A stretch of DNA of 64,000 nucleotides from a virus. The DNA is taken from IMG/VR virus record IMGVR_UViG_3300042287_000907; one strand, written 5' to 3'. The position numbers and the translations under genes were made by a program. Numbering within the stretch: the stretch's first letter is position 1; every line of letters starts with the position of its first letter. Below, in pieces: positions 1 to 9,334 of this stretch. Below the pieces are notes generated by a model, which was given only the letters and a program-made list of their open reading frames with translations, made no database searches and was not told where the DNA came from.

Positions 1-383
1 CATGGAGTATACCCGCAGACTTTGATGTGATAGGATTTGAGACAGCAGCCAAACAAAACTTTACCTTGCTACAAGGTGCCTGGGACGGTGCAGACATCAG
101 CACACTCAGCAACATGATGACAGACACAATGTTGAAAGAAATCAAAGAACAGTTGGCACAACGTGATGCCAACGAACTGCACAGAACCGCAGTGATATCT
201 TTATCAGCAAAACTGTTGGGAATAGAAGAAACTGAAGCAGATTATATCGCCAGCGTAGAGTTCACAGGTGTAATACAAGAAACAGTAGGCGAACAAGCTG
301 AACCATTTGAAGAAGTATGGAATATGACTAAATCAAAATCACAAGGTGGCTGGCTGTTGGCAGGAATACAAACCAGGGAATAA
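1..383 (+). CDS. Tim44-domain protein, C-terminal part (5' truncated by window)
   Basis: Frame is open from the window start (..IPADFDVIGFETAAKQNF..); LQGAWD and EEVWNM..GWLLAGIQ match the Tim44 domain pattern. Confidence 0.8.
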   Translation, partial: WSIPADFDVIGFETAAKQNFTLLQGAWDGADISTLSNMMTDTMLKEIKEQLAQRDANELHRTAVISLSAKLLGIEETEADYIASVEFTGVIQETVGEQAEPFEEVWNMTKSKSQGGWLLAGIQTRE

Positions 384-385
384 TA

Positions 386-1486
386 ATGAGCAAAAGACAA
401 TACAACCTATCTAACAAAACGGATTATGCGAATCGCAAAATGTTTTTAGATCCTGCAGGTCCAGTAACCATTCAGAGATTCGAAGAAGTCAAATACAACA
501 AGATCGCTGACTATGAAAAAACAGCACGAGGATTTTTTTGGGTACCTGAAGAAATCAATCTTTCAAAAGATGCCAACGATTTCAAAGATGCTAGTGCCGC
601 GGTCAAACATATTTTTACATCCAATCTCCTGCGTCAAACTGCTCTAGACAGCCTGCAGGGCCGAGCCCCTAGTCAGGTGTTTATGCCGGTGATCAGCCTG
701 CCAGAACTAGAAGCATTGATCTACAATTGGACCTTCTTTGAAACCAACATTCACAGTCGTTCATACAGTCATATTATCCGCAACATCTACAATGTGCCCA
801 AGGATGTGTTCAACACAATCCATGACACCAAAGAGATTGTAGACATGGCTGCCAGCGTGGGTAGATACTATGATCAACTGCATGAAATCAACTGCAGAAA
901 AGAGATAGGTGAAAAGATATCTGAAAAAGATCATGTGCGAGCCATATACATGGCCCTGCATGCTTCATATGCTCTAGAAGCATTCCGCTTCATGGTATCG
1001 TTTGCCACATCATTGGCCATGGTAGAGAATCGCATATTCATTGGTAACGGCAACATCATCAGCCTAATCCTACAGGACGAACTGCTACACAAAGGGTGGA
1101 CCGCATGGTTGATCAATCAGGTAGTCAAGGAAGATCCAAGATTCGCAGCTGCCAAAGCAGAATGTGAGGCAGAAGTATATCAGTTGTATCTAGATGTTAT
1201 AGCTGAAGAAAAGTCCTGGGCAGATCATCTGTTTAAATTGGGTCCGGTGATTGGACTTAACGCAGCCATACTCAAAGATTTCGTAGACTATACCGCTGTG
1301 GGTGCGCTCAAAGACATAGGTATCAAATATCAAGCTACTGCCCCAAGATCAACTCCAATTCCTTGGTTCAACAAGCACACTGATACTTCAAAGAAACAGA
1401 GTGCTCTACAGGAAACCGAAAGTACCAATTATGTGATAGGTGTTATGGGTGAAAATCTTGACTACGATGCTCTTCCGGCTATATAA
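386..1486 (+). CDS. nrdB: Ribonucleotide reductase class Ia beta subunit
   Basis: FFWVPEE, ETNIHSRSY, LEAFRF and DELLH di-iron motifs; C-terminal QETE..Y. Confidence 0.95.
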   Translation: MSKRQYNLSNKTDYANRKMFLDPAGPVTIQRFEEVKYNKIADYEKTARGFFWVPEEINLSKDANDFKDASAAVKHIFTSNLLRQTALDSLQGRAPSQVFMPVISLPELEALIYNWTFFETNIHSRSYSHIIRNIYNVPKDVFNTIHDTKEIVDMAASVGRYYDQLHEINCRKEIGEKISEKDHVRAIYMALHASYALEAFRFMVSFATSLAMVENRIFIGNGNIISLILQDELLHKGWTAWLINQVVKEDPRFAAAKAECEAEVYQLYLDVIAEEKSWADHLFKLGPVIGLNAAILKDFVDYTAVGALKDIGIKYQATAPRSTPIPWFNKHTDTSKKQSALQETESTNYVIGVMGENLDYDALPAI

Positions 1487-1492
1487 TAAATC

Positions 1493-1660
1493 ATGTACAA
1501 AGCACAATTCAAAAGAACAAACCCATACGAGTCATGGACTACGATTGGTAGTTATGGCAACGAACAAGCAGCCATATCTGCAGCCTTGAGCTATAAAAAC
1601 AAGGGTATGCTAATGGTTCGAGTCACTGACAAAAAAGGTGCTGTGATATATTCAAGTTAA
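1493..1660 (+). CDS. Small hypothetical protein (55 aa)
   Basis: Read by hand: MYKAQFKRTNPYESWTTIGSYG...; fills the gap between two genes. Confidence 0.7.
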   Translation: MYKAQFKRTNPYESWTTIGSYGNEQAAISAALSYKNKGMLMVRVTDKKGAVIYSS

Positions 1661-1662
1661 TT

Positions 1663-2115
1663 ATGAAAACACTAAGAGAATACATAAACCTTATCGAAGG
1701 TAAAATCAACGACAGTTGGTTTAAGGACGGCAGTTTTAAAACATTTAAAAAACCTATTCCAGTACCATACAAGATTGCTGACAGTGACGGTGTAACAAAC
1801 ACTTTAGAAGGGCCAGTGGAACATAAAGCCGGTCATTACATTATGGGGCCAGGTCCTAAGAAAGAATTTTGGCCTCTTGACCCAGATAACTTCCATGACA
1901 AATATGACGATAACAATGACGGCACAGGAACTCCCAAAGGTGGTGTTGTAAAATTGGCCAAGTTAGCAGACCATGACGGTATAGTAAAAGCTAGTTGGGG
2001 TGATCTAGAATATACCTCGGGCAACGATGTTATTGTTCGGCATGGTGAGGGAGACTACGGTGTGGTTAAACTAGACATCTTCCAACAGACATATGATACA
2101 AAGGAAATGACATGA
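1663..2115 (+). CDS. PGDYG-like protein with a possible capsid-targeting N-terminus
   Basis: TLEGP and GEGDYGVV motifs; N-terminus MKTLREYINLIE. Confidence 0.6.
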   Translation: MKTLREYINLIEGKINDSWFKDGSFKTFKKPIPVPYKIADSDGVTNTLEGPVEHKAGHYIMGPGPKKEFWPLDPDNFHDKYDDNNDGTGTPKGGVVKLAKLADHDGIVKASWGDLEYTSGNDVIVRHGEGDYGVVKLDIFQQTYDTKEMT

Positions 2116-2342
2116 AAGCTGTGATATGGAGCAAATATAATTGTCCTTATTGTGATCAGGCCAAGGCACTGCTAAAACAACGAGGCATCCCATTTGAAGA
2201 AAAAAAAATCGGAGATGGATATACCAAAGAAGAATTGTTAGAGGCAGTGCCCTCAGCAAGAACAGTACCACAGATTTTTCTAGGTGAAGAACTCGTGGGT
2301 GGATTTACAGAACTAAAGAAAAGGTTAGAAAATGTTAATTGA
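2112..2342 (+). CDS. Glutaredoxin
   Basis: CPYC active site, TVPQIF and GGF motifs. Confidence 0.95.
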   Translation: MKAVIWSKYNCPYCDQAKALLKQRGIPFEEKKIGDGYTKEELLEAVPSARTVPQIFLGEELVGGFTELKKRLENVN

Positions 2343-2622
2343 TAAAGGCGTAACAGTAGGTGAAGTAATCACTCTAAAACTAACTAGTGGAGAAGAATTA
2401 GTAGCCAAGCTGGTTGATGATCAGATCATGCACTACAAACTAGCCCATCCCATGGTGATTGCTATGAGTCCAAAAGGACCTGCACTCATGCCATATCTGT
2501 TCACTGTGGATCCCAGCAAAGAAATTAGACTAGCTAAAGCTGTGGTGGCTGTGGCAGAAGCCACTGATAAATCATTTGCAGATCAATTTATACAGCAGAC
2601 CACTGGTATTGCACTGGCTTAA
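2332..2622 (+). CDS. Hypothetical phage protein (possible Sm-like fold)
   Basis: TLKLTSGEELVA N-terminus typical of small beta-barrel proteins of large phages. Confidence 0.55.
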   Translation: MLIDKGVTVGEVITLKLTSGEELVAKLVDDQIMHYKLAHPMVIAMSPKGPALMPYLFTVDPSKEIRLAKAVVAVAEATDKSFADQFIQQTTGIALA

Positions 2623-2629
2623 ATAGTTC

Positions 2630-3604
2630 ATGGCAACTACACCAACCCCACAATCGACTAGTGTTGGCCCAAGTGGCGGAATAGGGCCTTTTCCTAATCT
2701 ACCTCATCAACATTCTCCAGGCAGTTTAAATCGTCAAGAACCTCTTTACAATCCCTACAATGTGTTTGCCAATGGTGTGGAAATTGCACTTTACAACGCT
2801 GCAACCACTCCGGGAACATTTGCCTCTGCAGCAGTACCAAAAGTCACAGTAACAGCAGCTATCAAAAACGTAGAAGGTGATGATGACAATACCGCAGGTA
2901 AAGCAGAAGCTGATAGATTTCTCGCTGAAGGACGTATTACTGCTGCTGAACACAAAGAACTAACTACAACACCAACTCCAAAAACTGAAGGAGTAGCAGC
3001 CAGTAAAGACAGACCAGCAGATAGACCTACCGCCGCAGTCTCGGGTGATATTACATTTGGTACTGTGCTTACTCCGAATGGTACTACTCTTGGCCAGATG
3101 ATTAAAAATGTAACCTTTCCTAGAACCATAGCACAGTTGGCAGAACATTCACCTTTGGTATCTGGTCCGCAGGCAGTGGTCAACAATCTCGCAGGATTGG
3201 CATTGAATGTCATTGAACCTATCAAGGCCAAATATCCCAGCATGCTGATTACCAACACTTATAGACACGGTGCTAGTATCGGTGGCGGACAGCACGGCAC
3301 TGGCCAGGCTGCAGATCTGCAGTTTCGAGGAGTAGGAGCGCATGACTATTTTGAAATAGCACAATGGATCAACAAGAACATACCCTATGACCAACTGCTG
3401 TTGGAATATCTACCAGGCAAAACTGTTTGGATACACATCAGCTACGCAATTCCCGGATTGCCAAGCGGTGGGTCAAATATAAGAAAGGCCAAACCGCAAA
3501 ACATATTGGCCACGCTGAATGGTGCGGCAGGGGGAAAATTCACCCCAAATCTGCATAAAGATATCATAGTGGCTGCGGTACCTAACAGAGTGGTGGCTGC
3601 CTAA
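2630..3604 (+). CDS. Protein with a C-terminal peptidase M15-like (peptidoglycan hydrolase) domain
   Basis: YR..QHGTGQAAD and WIHIS zinc-ligand motifs. Confidence 0.75.
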   Translation: MATTPTPQSTSVGPSGGIGPFPNLPHQHSPGSLNRQEPLYNPYNVFANGVEIALYNAATTPGTFASAAVPKVTVTAAIKNVEGDDDNTAGKAEADRFLAEGRITAAEHKELTTTPTPKTEGVAASKDRPADRPTAAVSGDITFGTVLTPNGTTLGQMIKNVTFPRTIAQLAEHSPLVSGPQAVVNNLAGLALNVIEPIKAKYPSMLITNTYRHGASIGGGQHGTGQAADLQFRGVGAHDYFEIAQWINKNIPYDQLLLEYLPGKTVWIHISYAIPGLPSGGSNIRKAKPQNILATLNGAAGGKFTPNLHKDIIVAAVPNRVVAA

Positions 3605-4014
3605 TGAAAAAATTATTCTGGAATGCGTTGGGATTCCTAAGTCTAGGTATGGCCTACATAGGAGTCATTACCCCTGGCATACCCTACAGCATATTTGTGG
3701 TGTTCGCGGCCTACTGTTTCTCAAAGGGTTCAGAACGCATGCATCGTTGGATCTACAATCACCGGTTGTTTGGACCATTTCTCACAAATTGGAACACCAA
3801 AAGAGTGTTCCCGCAGAAAATGAAATATTTCATGCTGTTCATGATGTCAACCAGTTTGGTGATCATGTGGTTGACTTCAGTGCCCGTTCGTGGTATAATA
3901 TATACAGCACTGTTTATGTTGTGCGTGGCAGTTTGGGCATGGAGATTTCCTAGTTCAGTCGAGGAATATGATCGCCGAATAACTGCGGGAAAACGCATAG
4001 GTTGGATTAAATAA
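3604..4014 (+). CDS. YbaN/DUF454 family inner-membrane protein
   Basis: G..PGIP..F...[15 protein letters not shown]...H.LFGP pattern. Confidence 0.85.
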   Translation: MKKLFWNALGFLSLGMAYIGVITPGIPYSIFVVFAAYCFSKGSERMHRWIYNHRLFGPFLTNWNTKRVFPQKMKYFMLFMMSTSLVIMWLTSVPVRGIIYTALFMLCVAVWAWRFPSSVEEYDRRITAGKRIGWIK

Positions 4015-4058
4015 CACACAGAGACAGCATCTTTTTAACAACAAGGAAATTAAGTAAA

Positions 4059-4262
4059 ATGGTAACAGGAAAAGTAAAATGGTTTAACGACGCCAAAGGT
4101 TTTGGATTCATTACTCCGGACGATGGTGGCGCAGACTTATTTGCTCACTTTTCACAGATTAATTCGAGTGGCTTCAAGAGCCTACAAGAAGGACAGAGTG
4201 TAAGGTTTGAAGTAACTCAGGGTCAGAAAGGACAGCAGGCTAGTAATATTCAGCCCGCCTAA
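4059..4262 (+). CDS. cspA: Cold-shock protein
   Basis: GKVKWFN.AKGFGFI and LFAHFS RNP motifs. Confidence 0.95.
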   Translation: MVTGKVKWFNDAKGFGFITPDDGGADLFAHFSQINSSGFKSLQEGQSVRFEVTQGQKGQQASNIQPA

Positions 4263-4643
4263 GAAATTGTTGTAATCCCTTCAAAGTGAAGGCATTCTGG
4301 ACGCGGGTTCGACTCCCGCCAGGTCCACCATAAGGAGATTAGTATGGATAACGAATATAGCACATTAGTTGGCTTTATTATTGTTACTGTAGTATTTGCT
4401 CTAGTCCTTTTATGATGGGCCTGCCATGGTTTCGACAGGGTGAGATAATAGAGACGGCAACACGGTAGGCGATGACCGTAAATCAAGCAAAACTCGTAAA
4501 TGCAAACGCAGATACATTCGACTTTAGCGCAATGAGCTTCACTGGTAACACCGTTCGCGGTGCTGCTAATGAAAGCAGATTTGCTCTAGCTGCCTAAAAA
4601 ACAGCAGGTCCGGGGTAGGAAATACCTTGTAAACAAAACAACC
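4263..4643 (+). ncRNA. ssrA: Circularly permuted (two-piece) tmRNA
   Basis: T-arm GCGGG-TTCGACT-CCCGC and CAGGTCC-ACCA end at 4330, upstream of the 5' strand GGGCCTG (4417-4423). The 7-bp acceptor stem has G3:U70. Tag ORF 4502-4597 ends FALAA*. Outer ends are approximate. Confidence 0.92.
4344..4415 (+). CDS. Putative 23-aa membrane peptide in the tmRNA intervening segment
   Basis: TAAGGAG SD then MDNEYSTLVGFIIVTVVFALVLL*. Confidence 0.55.
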   Translation: MDNEYSTLVGFIIVTVVFALVLL

Positions 4644-4672
4644 AAAAAAGACTACTTCGGTAGTCTTTTTTT
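4644..4672 (+). terminator. Intrinsic terminator after tmRNA
   Basis: AAAAAAGACTAC-TTCG-GTAGTCTTTTTTT. Confidence 0.9.
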
Positions 4673-4722
4673 ATGATTACCTAAAATTTTTAGCTATATA
4701 TTATAAGTTTAAAGGAAATATT

Positions 4723-5583
4723 ATGCCATCTAGGATTTTAATAATGGGATTGCCCGGCAGCGGTAAAACATATCTTGCACAGGCTCTAAAAAATTATTTA
4801 GAAACAAATGGTGATTTAATGAAAATTAATCCCCAAAAAATATCTAACTATGAAGGTATTCCGGGTCCTGAGTTTTTCAAGATAGGAGTAGATTGGTTCA
4901 ATGCCGACGATGTTCGTAGAAAATTCAACGATTGGGATTTTTCAAAAGAAGGTAGAATTCGCCAGAGTCTGCGCATGCTCCAGTTTTCTTTAGAATGTTC
5001 GGGTGAATATGTTATCTGTGATTTTGTCGCACCATTGGTTGAAATGCGTAATAACTTTAAAGCAGATTGGACAATTTGGGTGGATACTATCCGTGAAAGC
5101 CGATATGCTGATACTAATGCAGCATTCGTTGAACCAGAAGTTTATGATTTCCGAGTTACTGAACAAAATGCAGAAAAGTGGGCAGAATTTATCGGAGATC
5201 ACATATTGACCAATCGTAGACGTCCTGCATTTGATTGGCAAAAAGAAACTGTGCAGATGTTAGGTCGCTGGCAACCTTGGCATGATGGACATCGTGCATT
5301 GTTCGAACGCTTAATAGCAAAAACCGGCCAAGTAGTCATTCAAGTTCGAGATGTGCAAGGCTGGCAAGGTAGCAATCCATTTGCTATTGAACAGGTAAAA
5401 TCATTTATCAAACGTGATTTAGATCCTATATATCAAGGACAATATGAGATTCAAGTAGTTCCTAATATTGTGCATATTGGATGGGGTCGTGGAGTAGGAT
5501 ATACTTCAGGTGAAGAATCATTCGACGAAACAGTAACAGATATTAGTGCTACAAAAATTCGCAAGGATTTAGGACTTGAGTGA
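4723..5583 (+). CDS. Adenylylsulfate-kinase-like P-loop domain fused to an HxGH nucleotidyltransferase domain
   Basis: GLPGSGKT, ADDVR, DWDFS.EGR; C-terminal GRWQPWHDGH and ISATKIR. Confidence 0.75.
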   Translation: MPSRILIMGLPGSGKTYLAQALKNYLETNGDLMKINPQKISNYEGIPGPEFFKIGVDWFNADDVRRKFNDWDFSKEGRIRQSLRMLQFSLECSGEYVICDFVAPLVEMRNNFKADWTIWVDTIRESRYADTNAAFVEPEVYDFRVTEQNAEKWAEFIGDHILTNRRRPAFDWQKETVQMLGRWQPWHDGHRALFERLIAKTGQVVIQVRDVQGWQGSNPFAIEQVKSFIKRDLDPIYQGQYEIQVVPNIVHIGWGRGVGYTSGEESFDETVTDISATKIRKDLGLE

Positions 5584-5788
5584 TACTGCTAGACGTAGTC
5601 TTGTAAAAACTATATCTTGGAGAATCACAGGATCCGGTGCGACATTTATAATTGCCTATAGCATATCGGGTAACTTTACAGTCTCCGGTATTATCGCTGC
5701 AATACAATTAGTGTGCAATACAATCCTGTACTTTATTCATGAAAGAGTTTGGAATAATATTGGTTGGGGTCGCAGCGACCTTCCTTAA
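5576..5788 (+). CDS. DUF2061 family membrane protein
   Basis: RSLVKTISWR...YFIHERVW. Confidence 0.85.
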   Translation: MSDTARRSLVKTISWRITGSGATFIIAYSISGNFTVSGIIAAIQLVCNTILYFIHERVWNNIGWGRSDLP

Positions 5789-6525
5789 GATTTTTGATAG
5801 ACAAAAAACAGTCGACCTAGTTCAGCAGGTTCACGTTTGAATTCTATCAATTTAAGATTGTAGCGTTCTGCGAACTCATTGACTATTTCAAATGTCCATG
5901 GGAATATATCAACATACGGTCCTGTTTTATGCGGAATACCCGGATTGGCTCGCAAATAGAATTTACCATTAGGAGCCAATAAATTTACGCAGTGAGAAAA
6001 CCGTTTTTCTATGTCATCTTTGCTGTTGAAATTAATCGATCCTAATGCTATTATGTGATCGTGTGTCTCAGGTCGAACTTTGTAGTCTAGAATATCGACT
6101 TCATAATCTGCGCAGTTATTATACGGATCAATGCCAATTAGGTTAGGAATACGTCCTTTAAACGGATGATAACCGCAACCCACGTCTAGCACATTTTTAG
6201 GATTCTGTTTGGCAATTTCTTCTGCTAATGCCCAACCTGAATGATCGTATTCTCCTGTACGAGGTTTCCAAATTTCTGAGAAAAATCGTTTTATATAACG
6301 TTCGCTGAGGTCTTCTACTATACGTGCTAATGTGCCACGATATTCACAAGGTAACCCTAGTTCAGCTTCTACAGTATCTTTGAACTTTCGGTATCGTACC
6401 GGAGTCCAAGGTAGATCCTCAACTATGGTATCTGGGCCAATGCTGTCTCGCACAGAGCTGTATTTGGGCAAGGCAAAAGCAGTGTCCAAATTTTTCTTAA
6501 TTAGTGCAAAAATTTTAGTATTCAT
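5785..6525 (-). CDS. Class I SAM-dependent methyltransferase
   Basis: VLDVGCG motif I, GIDP. Confidence 0.75.
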   Translation of the reverse strand: MNTKIFALIKKNLDTAFALPKYSSVRDSIGPDTIVEDLPWTPVRYRKFKDTVEAELGLPCEYRGTLARIVEDLSERYIKRFFSEIWKPRTGEYDHSGWALAEEIAKQNPKNVLDVGCGYHPFKGRIPNLIGIDPYNNCADYEVDILDYKVRPETHDHIIALGSINFNSKDDIEKRFSHCVNLLAPNGKFYLRANPGIPHKTGPYVDIFPWTFEIVNEFAERYNLKLIEFKREPAELGRLFFVYQKS

Positions 6526-6612
6526 TAGAAATTTTCCGAGATTGATAAATAAATTTACAAAAATAGCAAAAATTTTTGCTATGTCTACAAATATTTATAC
6601 AAAGGAACATTT

Positions 6613-7584
6613 ATGAAAAAATTATTGCTGGCCTTATTGATTATGCCCACCTTGGCCTGGGCACAATGGACACCTAACAAGTCCATAACCACCACCATTG
6701 GATTTGCTTCTGGAAGTGGTAATGAAATCAGCTTCCGCAAGGCCAGCGATATAGTTGCACGACAAAATCCTGGCATCACGTTCATTGTGGAAACACGACC
6801 TGGTGCTGATGCTACTATAGCCAGCAATGGTTTCATGACAGCGCCCAGCGATGGCTTGCATCTCCTGGTGCCCAGTCATATGAGTCTATTTGTAACCAAT
6901 GATATCTGGCAGCGAGACGCAAAGAAATTTGAATACAACAGCTTCAAGCCTGCTGTGACTTTGGGTAAAAGTCCCTTGGTATTAGTAGCATCTAGTAAAA
7001 GCTCAGTTAACACACCACAAGAGTTTGTGAAATATATCACCAATGGGAGTCCTATTAACATTGCTGTAGGTGGCGGCGCACATAGAATGGCCTATGAATA
7101 CATCATACACCGCACCAAGGCAGATCCTCGGCAGATACAAAGCGTGGCCTTCAATGGCCCATTGCCGGCTGTGATTAGTGTGGCCAGTTATGATGGCAAA
7201 TCCGGCACAGAATTTGGCATCATGCCCGTTGCCATTGCCAAACCCTTGATCGAAGCTGGCAAAGTCAAGCCCATTGGTCTCACTGGTGGTCCCAAACTAA
7301 AAGCATTACCAAATGTACCATTGCTCAGCGATATAATTCCAGGACTCAAAGTTTATGCTGGCTGGATAGTTGTATTACCACCACAAACCCCAAACACCAT
7401 TGTGGACTGGTATGTGGACAAGTTCAGTAAAGCAATACTAAGCAAAGAATATCAAGACTGGGCAGAACAGAACTATATAATTATAGATCGAGATGAACTT
7501 AACCCACGTGGTGTCATGGCCTACGCCGAAGAATTGCGTACAGCCTTTGCACCTATAGCTAAAAACATCAAAATAGAGAAATAA
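6613..7584 (+). CDS. Tripartite tricarboxylate transporter substrate-binding protein (TctC/Bug family)
   Basis: Signal peptide, W.P.K.IT, VETRPGA, PSDG, PNVP, W..V.LP..TP. Confidence 0.85.
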   Translation: MKKLLLALLIMPTLAWAQWTPNKSITTTIGFASGSGNEISFRKASDIVARQNPGITFIVETRPGADATIASNGFMTAPSDGLHLLVPSHMSLFVTNDIWQRDAKKFEYNSFKPAVTLGKSPLVLVASSKSSVNTPQEFVKYITNGSPINIAVGGGAHRMAYEYIIHRTKADPRQIQSVAFNGPLPAVISVASYDGKSGTEFGIMPVAIAKPLIEAGKVKPIGLTGGPKLKALPNVPLLSDIIPGLKVYAGWIVVLPPQTPNTIVDWYVDKFSKAILSKEYQDWAEQNYIIIDRDELNPRGVMAYAEELRTAFAPIAKNIKIEK

Positions 7585-8205
7585 TTGAAATATATTTTCG
7601 TAGCCGGAGCACCGGGTTCCAAGTGGAGCTCGGTAGTTAAAAACATTTATTATAGTTCTGACATTGATAGATCCGATGACAGCTCCCAACGAAGCTACGC
7701 CCATCCAGGAGCCTATGCTGGTCAGCCCATGCATCTGGGCAGCTATTTTGATCCTGGCATGGAATTTGGTTCGTGGTTTGATCGGTTGGATCACTACACC
7801 AAAGATCAATGCGAAGACGAATTTGATCGCCCTTTCAGTGGTACAGGCGTACGAATAATCAAAAGTCACATGTTCACTTATCACATAGGATTTTTAAAAC
7901 AGACCTGGCCAGATTCGCCGATTATATTGGTGCATCGTGGAGATGACGCTTGTCTGGGTTGGTGGGTGCGCTGTGGCGGATTTAACATCACCTATCCAGA
8001 TTACAATAGATATTATCGAGATTTCAATCACATGGCCGACCAAATTACTCAACAAAACAAAGGTTTAGTGCAGGCATGGCACAGTTACAGTGGAATTGAG
8101 CCACAAACAAATAGATTGTTGGCCAGTCTTTTGAAAATTAAATGCCCTCCGATTGAATACATACAGGATTACTCAGCGAACGACATAGCAGTGAAAGTAA
8201 TATGA
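7585..8205 (+). CDS. Hypothetical protein, sulfotransferase-like
   Basis: IFVAGAPGSKWS N-terminus, IIKSH, WPD..IILVHR resemble a sulfotransferase fold. Confidence 0.5.
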   Translation: MKYIFVAGAPGSKWSSVVKNIYYSSDIDRSDDSSQRSYAHPGAYAGQPMHLGSYFDPGMEFGSWFDRLDHYTKDQCEDEFDRPFSGTGVRIIKSHMFTYHIGFLKQTWPDSPIILVHRGDDACLGWWVRCGGFNITYPDYNRYYRDFNHMADQITQQNKGLVQAWHSYSGIEPQTNRLLASLLKIKCPPIEYIQDYSANDIAVKVI

Positions 8206-8225
8206 AATCTAACGCAAATATGCAG

Positions 8226-8246
8226 AAGGACCTAAGGTCCTTTTTT
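8226..8246 (+). terminator. Intrinsic terminator
   Basis: AAGGACC-TAA-GGTCCTT followed by a T run. Confidence 0.7.
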
Positions 8247-8381
8247 GATATTGAAAAAATCTATTGACCCTATAAAAAAATATTTAGACAAAACCTATTG
8301 ATTTTGTAGATCAATAGGATATATAATGTACGTATACAATAACAGATTGTTATTAGTTTTCAACACACACAAGGAGAAGAT

Positions 8382-8921
8382 ATGAAAACAGTTGGTGATA
8401 AATTAGCCCCATTCGCAGTAACAGGTGTTCGCCCAGGACAACCAGAAGACGCATTCTATACAATTACAGATCAAAGTTTTGAAGGCAAGTGGAAAGTAAT
8501 TGTCTACTATCCAAAAGATTTTACATTCGTATGCCCTACAGAAATTGTAGCCTACGACAAACTAGCAGGTGACTTTGCCGACCGTGATGCAGTATTGCTA
8601 ACAGGCAGCACAGACAACGAGTTCTGCAAAGTTAGCTGGCAGAACGCCCATGCTGATCTAAAGAAAATCACACACAATCAATTCGCTGACACCCAACGTG
8701 GTGAAATGAGTTTGATCGAGCAGTTGGGCGTATTCTATGCTCCGGCAGGTGCAGCCCTTCGTGCTACATTCATCGTTGACCCAGACAACGTTATTCAACA
8801 CGTGACAGTTAACAACTTGAACGTTGGCCGTAGCCCAGAAGAGACACTTCGTGTATTAGATGCGCTACAAACTGGCGAACTATGTGCTTGCAATCGTACA
8901 GTCGGCGGCGAGACATTGTAA
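8382..8921 (+). CDS. ahpC: Peroxiredoxin AhpC
   Basis: YPKDFTFVCPTE, GRS..E.LR..DALQ.GELC. Confidence 0.95.
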   Translation: MKTVGDKLAPFAVTGVRPGQPEDAFYTITDQSFEGKWKVIVYYPKDFTFVCPTEIVAYDKLAGDFADRDAVLLTGSTDNEFCKVSWQNAHADLKKITHNQFADTQRGEMSLIEQLGVFYAPAGAALRATFIVDPDNVIQHVTVNNLNVGRSPEETLRVLDALQTGELCACNRTVGGETL

Positions 8922-9334
8922 TGTTAGACTGCCTAATAGTAGGAGATAGCATAGCAGTAGGTACCGCCATGGCTCGTCCAGAATGTGTCGCTTACGCAAA
9001 AGGTGGTTGGAACTCGTGGCAATGGAACAAGGACTACTTGGCCAAAGCCTCTGCTCAACCTGCTCGAACTATAATCATTAGTCTTGGCGCCAATGACCAC
9101 AAAGGTGTCAAGACAGAGGCGGAACTTCGTAAAATGCGACAAGCCATTAAAGGTGATCGAGTATTTTGGATTGACCCTGGACAAGATCGTAAACCCGTTC
9201 CACACGATGCAATCGTTCGCATTGCCAAGGAATACGGCGATACAATATTGCCTAGGCCAAAGAATCATATGAGTGCCGACGGCGTTCATCCTACAGGCCG
9301 TGGTTATAAGATTTTAGGAGAACAGACACGATGA
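8921..9334 (+). CDS. SGNH/GDSL hydrolase-like protein
   Basis: GDSI, LGAND, DGVHP blocks; start placed at the ATG overlapping the ahpC stop. Confidence 0.8.
   Translation: MLDCLIVGDSIAVGTAMARPECVAYAKGGWNSWQWNKDYLAKASAQPARTIIISLGANDHKGVKTEAELRKMRQAIKGDRVFWIDPGQDRKPVPHDAIVRIAKEYGDTILPRPKNHMSADGVHPTGRGYKILGEQTR

Noticed and set aside
386-1486. Intron or intein in nrdB, common in T4-like phages
   Set aside because: The ORF is continuous and of normal length (366 aa)
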